64,000 nt of DNA from Patescibacteria group bacterium. GTDB lineage: Bacteria; Patescibacteriota; Patescibacteriia; SG8-24. Positions 37,860-46,622 of this stretch are shown in pieces. The stretch covers positions 6,857 through 70,856 of the forward strand of contig JAQTNC010000005.1 of NCBI GenBank assembly GCA_028714475.1, in the 5' to 3' direction. The translations under genes were made by a program, and so were the position numbers. The stretch's first letter is position 1. The number at the start of each line of letters is the position of its first letter. The notes under the pieces were generated by a model, which was not told the origin of the DNA, searched no databases, and saw only the letters and a program-made list of their open reading frames with translations.

Positions 37860-38519
37860 ATGCCAGACGAAACCAACAACCCAAACGAGTGCGAGTTCAA
37901 GGAAGAGTGTTGCAGCGGCGGCGCCTGTGATTGCATGAGTGGCGTGTGCAGCAACGATTGTCGTTGCACCGACGCTCAGGGATCCGCCGCTCCGGCGAAA
38001 TCCGGAATTCAGAATAAGGATGAACCGCAGGCTTCCGCGCCAGCCGACGAACTCGCCGCGGCCAAAGCCCAGGCCGCCGAATATCTCGATGGCTGGAAGC
38101 GCGCCATGGCCGATTATGCCAACCTCAAGAAGGAATCCGAGCGCGAAAAGGCGGAAATGGCCAAGTTCGCCGCCGCGATTCTTGTGAGGGAAATCTTGCC
38201 CGCGCTCGACAGCCTCAAGCAGGCGTCAGCGGAGAATCCGTTCGCATCCGTGGGCGGGGAGACGCCGGACGCGGCCAAGGTGATGGCGTGGGCCGCTGGC
38301 GTCGGCAACGTCGCGGCGCAGCTCCAAGCCGCGCTCAAGAAGGCCGGCGTCGAAGCCATCGAGGAACCCGGCGCCCCATTTGACCCGCACATTCACGAAG
38401 CCGTGACCACGCGCAAGGAAGAGGGGAAAGCCTCTGGCTTGGTTCTGGAAGTCCTGCAGCCCGGTTACCGCATGAGCGACCGCATCATCCGCGCCGCGAA
38501 GGTGGTTGTGAGTGAATGA
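37860..38519 (+). CDS. grpE: nucleotide exchange factor GrpE with Cys-rich N-terminus
   Basis: RAMADYANLKK, FDPHIHEAV, GYRMSDRIIRAAKVVV. Confidence 0.95.
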   Translation: MPDETNNPNECEFKEECCSGGACDCMSGVCSNDCRCTDAQGSAAPAKSGIQNKDEPQASAPADELAAAKAQAAEYLDGWKRAMADYANLKKESEREKAEMAKFAAAILVREILPALDSLKQASAENPFASVGGETPDAAKVMAWAAGVGNVAAQLQAALKKAGVEAIEEPGAPFDPHIHEAVTTRKEEGKASGLVLEVLQPGYRMSDRIIRAAKVVVSE

Positions 38520-38520
38520 T

Positions 38521-39066
38521 ATGGCCGTGAACATCACCTATTTCGTCCACGGCACGACTACGGACAACGAGAAAGAGATTTCTTCCGGCTGGTCCGACGT
38601 CGAATTATCCGAAACGGGCATCATGCAGTCGGTGGGACTAAAGGAGAAAATCAAAGGGGAAAAATTCGACGTCGTCTTCTGTTCTGACCTGAAACGCGCT
38701 GTGGCATCCGCAAAACTGACTTTCGAAGGGGGAATCGAAATCATCCCCGACCAAAGACTGCGCGAATGCAATTATGGCGATTACAATGGCCGACCATCAG
38801 CCATCGTCGAACCGTTGCAGGAAAAAAGCGTTTTCGAGCGTCTGCCTAATGGCGAAAGTTACGAAGACGTCAAAAATCGCGTCGCCGAGTTCCTCAAATA
38901 CCTGAAAGAAAATTACGACGGCAAACACGTTGCCATTGTCGCCCACAAGGGGCCGCAACTCGCCCTCGATGTCCTGCTGAAAGGAAAAACTTGGGAGCAG
39001 GCCTTCGCGGAAGACTGGCGGAAACGTCATGCCTGGCAACCCGGCTGGGAATATCAAATCAATTAA
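38521..39066 (+). CDS. histidine phosphatase family protein
   Basis: FVHG(T), SDLKRA, LRECNYG, GESY, IVAH. Confidence 0.9.
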   Translation: MAVNITYFVHGTTTDNEKEISSGWSDVELSETGIMQSVGLKEKIKGEKFDVVFCSDLKRAVASAKLTFEGGIEIIPDQRLRECNYGDYNGRPSAIVEPLQEKSVFERLPNGESYEDVKNRVAEFLKYLKENYDGKHVAIVAHKGPQLALDVLLKGKTWEQAFAEDWRKRHAWQPGWEYQIN

Positions 39067-39069
39067 TAA

Positions 39070-39100
39070 CTAGCACCTAGAACCTAGCACCTAGAACCTA
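39070..39100. repeat. heptamer tandem repeat (CTAGCAC/CTAGAAC)
   Basis: ctagcac-ctagaac-ctagcac-ctagaac-cta. Confidence 0.8.
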
Positions 39101-39107
39101 ATCTCAT

Positions 39108-41036
39108 ATGCCAAAAATCCTCGGTATCGATCTCGGTACAACCAATTCCTGCATGGCCGTCATCGAGGGCGGTCAGCCGAAAGTGTTAGAGAACAAGGAA
39201 GGCGCGCGCACCACGCCGTCCGTCATCGCCGTCACCAAGACCGGCGAGCGGCTCGTCGGCCAGGTCGCCAAGCGTCAGTCGGTCGTGAACCCGGAGAACA
39301 CGCTCTATTCCATCAAGCGGCTCATCGGCCGCCGCTGGAGCGACCCGGAAACCCAGCACGAGGCCCAGCTCCTGCCGTTCAAGCTCGTGCAGTCCGGCGA
39401 CGGCGTGAAGGTCACGATGGCCGGCAAGGAATACAGCCCGCAGGAGATTTCCGCCATGGTGCTCCAGAAGCTCAAGGCCGACGCGGAAGAGAAGCTCGGC
39501 GAAGCGATCACCGAGGCGGTCATCACCGTGCCGGCGTACTTCGACGACGCCCAGCGCCAGGCGACGAAAGTCGCGGGCGAGATTGCCGGCCTCAACGTCA
39601 AGCGCATCATCAACGAGCCGACCGCGGCCGCCCTCGCCTACGGTTTCGACAAGAAGACCGGCGGCAAGATCGTCGTCTATGACCTCGGCGGCGGCACCTT
39701 CGACGTGTCGGTGCTCGACATCGCCAGCGACACGGTGGAAGTGAAGGCGACCAACGGCGACACGCATCTCGGCGGCGACGACTTCGACCAGCGCCTCATC
39801 AAGTGGGTGATTGACGAGTTCCGCCGCGACCAGGGCATTGACCTCTCGAAGGACGTGCTCGCGGTCCAGCGCATCAAGGAGGCCGTGGAAAAGGCCAAGA
39901 TTGAGCTTTCGACCACGGCCGACACGGAAATCAACCAGCCGTTCATCACTTCCGACGCCGCTGGGCCGAAGCATTTATTGATGAAACTCTCGCGCGCCAA
40001 GCTGGAAGAGTTGGTCGGCGATTTGGTCGAGAAGACTTTGGAACCGTGCCGCAAGGCGCTCGCTGACGCCAAGATGACGGTTGCTGACGTGTCCGAAGTG
40101 GTCATGGTCGGCGGCATGACGCGCATGCCTTTGGTGCTTCAGACGGTCGAGAAATTCTTCAACAAGAAACCGAACGTCACCGTGAATCCGGACGAGGTCG
40201 TGGCCATGGGCGCGGCCGTGCAGGCTGGCGTGCTTCAGGGCGAGGTGCGCGACGTGCTCCTGCTCGACGTGACCCCGCTGTCTTTGGGCCTCGAGACTCT
40301 CGGCGGCGTGATGACGCGGCTCATCGAGCGCAACACCACCATTCCGACTTCCAAGACCCAGACTTTCTCGACTGCCGCCGACAACCAGTCGTCGGTGGAA
40401 ATCCACGTCCTCCAGGGCGAGCGCGATTTCTCCGCGGACAACAAGACGCTCGGCCGGTTCATTTTGGACGGCATTCCGCCAGCGCCACGCGGTATCCCGC
40501 AGGTGGAGGTGAAGTTCGACATTGACGCGAACGGCATCCTGTCTGTCTCCGCGAAGGAGAAGGTGACGGGCAAGGAACAGAAGATCGTCATCACGGCTTC
40601 GACTGGTTTGTCCAAGGACGAGGTGGAGCGGATGAAGAAGGATGCGGAGATGCACGCGGCCGAGGACAAGGCGAAGAAGGAGCTGGTCGAGCTCAAGAAC
40701 AACGCCGAGACGATGATCTACACGACCGAGAAGATGATGAAGGAATACGGCGACAAGGTTCCGGCCGACCAGAAGTCTGGCATCGAGGAAAAGCTCGCGG
40801 CCCTGAAGGCGGTGAAGGATGGCACGGACGCCGAGGCGATCAAGAAGGCGGCTTCGGACCTAACCGACCTAGCCACCAAAGTCGGCGGCGAGATGTACCA
40901 GAAGGAAATGGAAGAAAAGAACAAGGCGTCTGGCGCAGCCCCAGCCGGTGACCAACCGCCTGCTGGTGGTGAGTCGGGCGGCGATAAACCGTCTGGCGAC
41001 GGCCCCATCGATGCTGACTTCACGGAGAAAAAGTGA
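39108..41036 (+). CDS. dnaK: chaperone DnaK
   Basis: [24 protein letters not shown], full length. Confidence 0.99.
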   Translation: MPKILGIDLGTTNSCMAVIEGGQPKVLENKEGARTTPSVIAVTKTGERLVGQVAKRQSVVNPENTLYSIKRLIGRRWSDPETQHEAQLLPFKLVQSGDGVKVTMAGKEYSPQEISAMVLQKLKADAEEKLGEAITEAVITVPAYFDDAQRQATKVAGEIAGLNVKRIINEPTAAALAYGFDKKTGGKIVVYDLGGGTFDVSVLDIASDTVEVKATNGDTHLGGDDFDQRLIKWVIDEFRRDQGIDLSKDVLAVQRIKEAVEKAKIELSTTADTEINQPFITSDAAGPKHLLMKLSRAKLEELVGDLVEKTLEPCRKALADAKMTVADVSEVVMVGGMTRMPLVLQTVEKFFNKKPNVTVNPDEVVAMGAAVQAGVLQGEVRDVLLLDVTPLSLGLETLGGVMTRLIERNTTIPTSKTQTFSTAADNQSSVEIHVLQGERDFSADNKTLGRFILDGIPPAPRGIPQVEVKFDIDANGILSVSAKEKVTGKEQKIVITASTGLSKDEVERMKKDAEMHAAEDKAKKELVELKNNAETMIYTTEKMMKEYGDKVPADQKSGIEEKLAALKAVKDGTDAEAIKKAASDLTDLATKVGGEMYQKEMEEKNKASGAAPAGDQPPAGGESGGDKPSGDGPIDADFTEKK

Positions 41037-41042
41037 CGCGCA

Positions 41043-41530
41043 ATTCCTTAATGCGCGTCATCCCGGGCGACCCCGGCTAAATGCCGGGGGAGACCCGGGA
41101 ACCATTCCGCTTAATATTCCCCTGAGCGAAGTCGAAGGACATTCCTAATATCCACCACCCCCGCGACCTGTCCCCCGAAGCCCGGAGGGCGAAGGGGGAA
41201 AGCGGGAATCCAGAAAAAAGCAGCTCCCGCCGGGCGGACCCGCTTCCGTCGACAGCGCTCGCGCTGGATGCGTAATTGCGCGAGCGATTGTCTCCGGAAC
41301 CGGCTCCGCCCGGCGGTCGCCTCGGAAGCACCTTCCACCAACCAAATAAAAGCATGCGCTCGGCCTGCGGAGGCGACACATTAGGCGTCGCCTGGCCTCG
41401 CGAGCAGACGACAAGTTGTCCGCAAGGAAAGTTATATAACCGTAGCGGCGGGGCTTGCCCCCGCACCACCACAAATATTCCCTGAGCGGAGTCTCCCGAA
41501 GGGAGACGAAGTCGAAGGGCATTCCTTAAT
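41043..41530. repeat. composite REP cluster (several families, nested) bounded by ATTCCTTAAT direct repeats
   Basis: Elements at 41057-41104, 41119-41138, 41154-41216, 41442-41464 and 41479-41520. Confidence 0.8.
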
Positions 41531-41534
41531 TCAC

Positions 41535-41612
41535 ATGCTCATCTCAGTCATCATCGTCGTCGTCGTAATCGTCGGCGTCACACTGTATTTCGCTACCAGA
41601 CATGAAGGCTAG
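41535..41612 (+). CDS. possible 25-aa single-TM small protein (MLISVIIVVVVIVGVTLYFATRHEG)
   Basis: Hydrophobic ORF with host-like codons; below the ORF-track cutoff. Confidence 0.35.
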   Translation: MLISVIIVVVVIVGVTLYFATRHEG

Positions 41613-41635
41613 GCCAATTTGTTATTTCCTGAAGT

Positions 41636-42004
41636 ATGAAATACATCGTAAAAAAATTTGAGCTTGACTTACTTGATCCAAAAATCAGAAAGTCACCAGA
41701 GAGCTTGAGCGAACTTTTGGCTGATGATTTTTTCGAATTTACCCAGAGTGGCACGGCCTGCACAAAAAAGGACATCATCGAGGTTCTACCAACTCTTCCG
41801 GAAGAAAATATTTCGGTGCGTGATTATCAGGAAAAGTTATTAGCGCCGAATTTAATATTAGTTCATTACATCGCAGACCGACTTGTTCCGTCGAGCGGCC
41901 TGAAACGAACCACCTTATGTAGTTCTATTTGGAAAAACATCAGAGGTCGTTGGCAAATGGTGTTTTTCCAGGGAACCCCAGCCTTAATGTCTAGCAGCGG
42001 CTAA
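41636..42004 (+). CDS. DUF4440/NTF2-like protein
   Basis: LLDPKIRKS...LLADDFFEFTQSG...SSIW...WQMVFFQGTP; low GC. Confidence 0.85.
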   Translation: MKYIVKKFELDLLDPKIRKSPESLSELLADDFFEFTQSGTACTKKDIIEVLPTLPEENISVRDYQEKLLAPNLILVHYIADRLVPSSGLKRTTLCSSIWKNIRGRWQMVFFQGTPALMSSSG

Positions 42005-42046
42005 GCGCCCCTAGGCAACAACGCTCCTAGCATATATCCTCCCGCC

Positions 42047-42571
42047 ATGAAATCCACCCCCAACAACCTTGCCTTCATCGATGGCCAGAATCTCTACATG
42101 GGCACGACGTCGCCGGACGGCGGCTCGTGGCGGGTTGATTTGACCAAGTTTCGCGTCTACCTGAATCAGAAGTATGGCGTGAGCAAGGCCCTGTATTTTC
42201 TGGGTTACGTCAACGAGAATTTCCAGGAGCTTTACGAGGAAATTCAGGCGGCCGGATTCATTCTCGTCTTCAAACAGCACACTGCCGCCATGATGGGGCA
42301 GAAGAAGGGCAACGTCGATACCGATATCGTCTTCAATATCATGCGGCGGCTGTATAAGAAGGACGATTTTGAGAAGATCGTTCTGGTGTCTGGGGACGGT
42401 GACTACAAGAACTTGGTCGATTTCCTGATTGAAGAGGGTCGGCTGGAAAAAGTCCTGGCACCGTGCCGCAAGAGAGCGTCCTCATTATACAAGCAGATCG
42501 GGTCAGAATATTTCGACTGTCTCGACAGCGATGACATCAAACGCAAGATTGAAAAAGTTAAACAAAAATAA
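42047..42571 (+). CDS. NYN (LabA/DUF88, PIN-fold) domain nuclease
   Basis: FIDGQNL, KGNVDTD and VSGDGDY acidic catalytic motifs intact. Confidence 0.92.
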   Translation: MKSTPNNLAFIDGQNLYMGTTSPDGGSWRVDLTKFRVYLNQKYGVSKALYFLGYVNENFQELYEEIQAAGFILVFKQHTAAMMGQKKGNVDTDIVFNIMRRLYKKDDFEKIVLVSGDGDYKNLVDFLIEEGRLEKVLAPCRKRASSLYKQIGSEYFDCLDSDDIKRKIEKVKQK

Positions 42572-42619
42572 GAGGGGCTCCTTAGGCAGTTAGCCGTTCG
42601 GATCCCCCCTCGTCGTGAT
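42564..42619 (-). ncRNA. candidate ~55-nt small RNA convergent with the NYN gene
   Basis: Minus-strand TTGACG-N17-TATGCT promoter (42654-42626), an interrupted stem-loop and a U-rich tail; inference. Confidence 0.45.
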
Positions 42620-42684
42620 GACTAAAGCATACTACATAACGTATACCCCGTCAAGACCATAAAGACCGTCAAATATACAATAAT

Positions 42685-42981
42685 ATGACCCAACCCATCC
42701 AACCCCAGCAAAATCAGCTTCAGATAAAGGCTGACGACAAGATCCTCCAAGGCGTCTATTCGAACGCGATGCAGGTTCAGCACTCCAAGGAGGAATTCGT
42801 GATAGACTTCATGAACCTGTTCCCGCCGGCGGGGACGCTGAATGCGCGGGTCATTGTTTCGCCGGGACACCTCAAGCGGATGATCGCCGCGCTCGCCGAG
42901 AACCTCGCGAAGTACGAAGGGAACTTCGGCAAGATCGACACGGCGCAGGAACCGGCGGAGATCGGCTTCGCGGCGAAATAG
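42685..42981 (+). CDS. DUF3467 family protein
   Basis: GVYSN...HSKEEFVIDF...ARVIVSPGHLKR...YEGNFGKI. Confidence 0.88.
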   Translation: MTQPIQPQQNQLQIKADDKILQGVYSNAMQVQHSKEEFVIDFMNLFPPAGTLNARVIVSPGHLKRMIAALAENLAKYEGNFGKIDTAQEPAEIGFAAK

Positions 42982-42993
42982 CCACAATAATAT

Positions 42994-43052
42994 TCCCCGA
43001 GCGGAGCCCTGCACCGGAGCGGAGCGACTGGTGCGGGGCGGAGTCGAGGGGG
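42994..43052 (+). repeat. CCCGAGCG...AGTCGAGGGG REP with a nested hairpin insert
   Basis: ccccgagcgga-gccctgcacc...ggtgcggggc-ggagtcgagggg. Confidence 0.75.
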
Positions 43053-43060
43053 GCTTCCTT

Positions 43061-43753
43061 ATGGGCTTGATGGAAAATTACCAGCAATCGGAAAGTCCGA
43101 AAGCAAAAAGGGGAATGCCAAAGGGCGTCAAAGCGGCGCTCCTGTTGGGCGCGCTCGCCGCGATCGCGCTGGCCTACGTTTACGGCTACGGACAGTTGAC
43201 CAAGCGGTTGCAGACATCAAAGCCGCCCGCCGAGGCCAACCAACCGAACCAACAGACCGACAATGAATTGAAGGCGCAGACCATCATCTATGTCGGCGCG
43301 GTGGCGGATACGGTCGCGCCGACCATCCGCGACCTGTACGACTTCGGCATGAAGATTCAGAACGCCCATGAACTCAAGGACACAGCCACGGCCGAGGACA
43401 TGGCGAAGCTCGTCAGGAGAACCTGCACCACCGCCCTGAACGCGGATGTCGCCGCCCAACTGGCCATGGTTCAGAGCCAGCCGGTCAGCGTCACGCGCTT
43501 TTCCGCCACCACCGCCAAGCTGACCACGGCTATCGGGAACTTCCAAAAGTTCTGCGCCAACGCCGCGCTGACGTCCTACGACGCCGACGTCGTGAACCTC
43601 GGCAAGGACGAATACCTGCCCTACGTCGCATCGCTAATTGAAGTCGGCACCACCCTCGACACCGACTATGCGGCTCTCACCGCCGCCACGCCGAAGATAG
43701 ATTGGAAGGACGTTGAGCCGTGGTACGAAAACGCGTCGCGGTTGATGAAATAA
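43061..43753 (+). CDS. hypothetical membrane-anchored protein
   Basis: One N-terminal TM, helical extracellular domain with a Cys pair. Confidence 0.7.
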   Translation: MGLMENYQQSESPKAKRGMPKGVKAALLLGALAAIALAYVYGYGQLTKRLQTSKPPAEANQPNQQTDNELKAQTIIYVGAVADTVAPTIRDLYDFGMKIQNAHELKDTATAEDMAKLVRRTCTTALNADVAAQLAMVQSQPVSVTRFSATTAKLTTAIGNFQKFCANAALTSYDADVVNLGKDEYLPYVASLIEVGTTLDTDYAALTAATPKIDWKDVEPWYENASRLMK

Positions 43754-43767
43754 GTAATTCGGAAAAA

Positions 43768-43803
43768 CAGGAACCGGCGGAAATCGGCTTCGCCGCTAAG
43801 TAA
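43768..43803 (+). pseudogene. displaced duplicate of the DUF3467 gene 3' end (QEPAEIGFAAK-stop)
   Basis: 31/36 nt identical to 42946-42981; all 5 differences are synonymous. Confidence 0.8.
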
Positions 43804-43817
43804 AGTTTGTCCTGCAC

Positions 43818-43843
43818 GTGGATTCCCGCTTTCGCGGGAATGA
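43818..43843 (-). repeat. GTCATTCCCGCGAAAGCGGGAATCC-type REP
   Basis: gtggattcccgctttcgcgggaatgac; related to the REPs flanking the GIY-YIG gene. Confidence 0.8.
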
Positions 43844-43870
43844 CATGATCGGGAAGCGCGTTCAAATTCC

Positions 43871-44983
43871 ATGCCCAAAGACCTCTACCAAATCCTCGGC
43901 GTCTCGAAATCCGCCTCGGCGGACGAGATTAAGGCTGCCTTCCGCAAACTCGCGCACGAGCACCACCCGGACAAGACGGGCGGCGACGACAAGAAATTCA
44001 AGGAAATCAACGGCGCCTACCAGGTGCTCGGTGACGCGGAAAAGCGCAAGAAATACGACCAATTTGGGCCGGATTTTGAGCGCATGGGCGGATTCCCTGG
44101 CGGACAGCCGGGCGGCGGCTTCGATTTCTCACAGGGGTTCGGTGGATTTGGCGGCCAGCAAGGTGGAGTAAAGTTCGATCTCGGCGATCTCGGCGACCTC
44201 TCCGACATGTTCGGCGGAATCTTCGGCGGTAGCGCCGGAGGCGGCGGACCGCGCGGTCCATCGAGAGGAAGACACATTGAGATGGACGTCAAACTCACCT
44301 TCAGCGAGGCCGTCTTCGGCACGGAAAAGGAAATCACCCTCCACCGCAACGTCCTCTGCGAGACCTGTCATGGCACCGGTGCCGAGCCGGGCGCAAAGAT
44401 TGTCGAGTGCGGCAACTGCGGCGGCAAGGGCAAGGTGCTCACCTACCAAAGAACCATCCTCGGCACCATGCAGACCGTAGGCACCTGTCCCAAATGCATG
44501 GGCGAAGGGCGCATCCCGGAAAAACCCTGTCACCATTGTTCCGGCACCGGTCGCATCAAAGGCCAACGCACCCTCACCGTGAAAGTCCCGGCCGGCATCG
44601 CGGACGGAGAAGTCCTCCGCGTCTCCGGCGAAGGCGAACCAGGGGAGCGGGGAGCGCGCCCCGGCGACCTCTATCTCAATCTGCGTGTCGCCGCCGACAA
44701 GCGCTTCGTGAGGAACGGCTTCGACATCGTGAGCCATCTGGAAATCCCGATTAACATCGCCGCCCTCGGCGGCAACATGACCGTCGAGACCGTGGACGGC
44801 GAGGTCGAATTGAAGCTCCCCGCCGGCACCCAGCCCGGCCAACTTTTCCGCCTGCGCAACAAGGGCGTGCCGATGCTCAAGAAAACCGGCTGCGGCGACC
44901 ACATCGTTGAGGTCAGCGTCGCCGTGCCGAAGAAACTTTCCAGAGGTCAGAAAAAGGCGTTGGAGAAATGGGATGAGCTATAA
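43871..44983 (+). CDS. dnaJ: chaperone DnaJ
   Basis: HPD J-domain, G/F region, four CxxCxGxG repeats. Confidence 0.98.
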   Translation: MPKDLYQILGVSKSASADEIKAAFRKLAHEHHPDKTGGDDKKFKEINGAYQVLGDAEKRKKYDQFGPDFERMGGFPGGQPGGGFDFSQGFGGFGGQQGGVKFDLGDLGDLSDMFGGIFGGSAGGGGPRGPSRGRHIEMDVKLTFSEAVFGTEKEITLHRNVLCETCHGTGAEPGAKIVECGNCGGKGKVLTYQRTILGTMQTVGTCPKCMGEGRIPEKPCHHCSGTGRIKGQRTLTVKVPAGIADGEVLRVSGEGEPGERGARPGDLYLNLRVAADKRFVRNGFDIVSHLEIPINIAALGGNMTVETVDGEVELKLPAGTQPGQLFRLRNKGVPMLKKTGCGDHIVEVSVAVPKKLSRGQKKALEKWDEL

Positions 44984-45090
44984 TCATGAATCATAGAAAG
45001 ACCGCCCCGCAGTACTGCGGGGCGGTTTTGATTTGGTGTGACAGCCTTTAGTCACCGAACACAAATATTGTTCAGTGATTGAGCTTAACA

Positions 45091-45169
45091 TTTCTGGATC
45101 CCCGCTGCTGCGGGGATGGTGAAAATGTTTATGTATTCTTACCACCCCCGCGGAGGCGGGGTCCAGAAA
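45091..45169. repeat. inverted REP doublet upstream of GIY-YIG
   Basis: 45091-45120 and 45141-45169 in opposite orientation. Confidence 0.8.
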
Positions 45170-45278
45170 CAAGTGTGACATTCATTTATCAGAAACGGTA
45201 CTTGCGTCGAAACCACTCCAATGTTAACCTCGCGCCCTAATTATCAAACTACCTGCCTTGAAGCACTCTAACTAACCT

Positions 45279-45648
45279 TTACCACCCCCGCGGAAGCGGG
45301 GGTCAAGACATGCGGTGGCAAAAATACAGTCGCTATTTCGTCTATATCCTAGCCAGTGGAAAAAACGGCACCCTGTATGTTGGCGTTACGTTGAATCTGG
45401 CGAAGCGGGTGGAGGACCACAAGGCGGGCGCCATCCCGGGCTTTACTGCCAAATACAATGTAAAGCAACTAGTCTATTTTGAAATAGTCGATAATTTCGA
45501 TGCCGCTCTTGCCCGCGAGAAGGCCATCAAAAAATGGAATCGAGCGTGGAAAAATAGAGCTGATTGAGAAAGGGAATCCGTGGTGGAATGACTTGACCAA
45601 CACGGTCGAGTGAGTCTTTCTGGACCCCCGCTTTCGCGGGGGTGGTAA
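45279..45648. mobile_element. GIY-YIG gene bracketed by inverted REP ends (putative mini-element)
   Basis: ttaccacccccgcggaagcgggggtc...gacccccgctttcgcgggggtggtaa, 25/26 inverted identity. Confidence 0.55.
45310..45613 (+). pseudogene. GIY-YIG (UPF0213/YhbQ-like) nuclease with a +1 frameshift near the 3' end
   Basis: FVYIL...TLYVGVT...R...H...REKAIKKWNRAWK; the expected tail IELIEKGNPWWNDL continues in another frame after the A5 run at 45550-45554. Confidence 0.8.
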
Positions 45649-45797
45649 GAGTTTTAGATGACAATATTCAAGTGCCAGGGGGTCTTCCATTTGTCCCTCC
45701 ACCTAGCGAAATGCTATAATTACGATATCCACAGGCGAGCCCCGCCTGTCAGACAGGGCAAAAGCCCCAAGCTAACCTCGGTTCGCCGAATACCGCC

Positions 45798-46379
45798 ATG
45801 TTCCTGATTCCTGCCGCTCAAGCCGCCGAAGCCGCCCCGGATGTCGCGTCCGGTGCCGTTCAGGTTGGCCACAATCTCGCGAACTGGGTATCTGCCATCA
45901 ACTGGGCCGCCCCGACTTGGGACCTGTTCATCGTCCTGTTTTTCATCGTTACCGTCTTCCTCTACGGCATGTCGCTCGGCCGCGACCGCATCGTCGTCAT
46001 CCTCGTCTCTATCTACATGGCTCTCGCGGTCGTCTCGAACGCCCCGTACATCGGCAGCTTGAGGAACGGCGGCGAGCAATATGCCGCCTTCCGCATCGCC
46101 ATCTTCGTCGGCATCTTCATCACCCTGTTTTTCCTGCTTTCTCGATCGGCTCTGCTACGCAACATCGGCAACCTGGCCAACGGCAGCTGGTTCCAGGTGC
46201 TGGCGTTTTCCATCATGCATGTCGGTCTCCTCGTGAGCATCACCTTGTCGCTTCTGCCGCCGGAGGCGCTCGGCAGCCTGGCGCCGGCAACGCGCACCAT
46301 CTTCGTCTCCGACAACGGCCGCTTCTTCTGGATCGTGGCGCCCATAATCAGCATGGCGATGCTCAAGGGAGGGGAGTGA
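45798..46379 (+). CDS. conserved hypothetical membrane protein (about 5 TM, CvpA-like topology)
   Basis: Multi-TM ORF; TATAAT at 45715-45720 upstream. Confidence 0.75.
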   Translation: MFLIPAAQAAEAAPDVASGAVQVGHNLANWVSAINWAAPTWDLFIVLFFIVTVFLYGMSLGRDRIVVILVSIYMALAVVSNAPYIGSLRNGGEQYAAFRIAIFVGIFITLFFLLSRSALLRNIGNLANGSWFQVLAFSIMHVGLLVSITLSLLPPEALGSLAPATRTIFVSDNGRFFWIVAPIISMAMLKGGE

Positions 46380-46622
46380 GGCGGATCAAAATGGATATAC
46401 AGCCCCCGCAGTACTGCGGGGGTTTTTGTCGGCAGCCGCTGGTCCGGGCGCGCTGCGCCCGGCTTCCCTCGTTCGACCACTCATCGCACAGCTAAGTGCG
46501 CCTCGTGGTCTCTCTCGGTCCAGCCGAGCACATCGCATCCCGTCCAGCGGCTGCCAAAACCCCGGGCTAACGCCCGGGGTTCGTTGGATGATAATCGTCA
46601 ACTGTCCGCTGTCCACCGACGT

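Noticed and set aside
41077-41522. Short ORFs across the REP cluster (also 4065-4352, 43818-44171, and the 5' extension 60915-61202)
   Set aside because: They are translations of palindromic repeats (e.g. LSEVEG, MDSRFRGND), not credible proteins.
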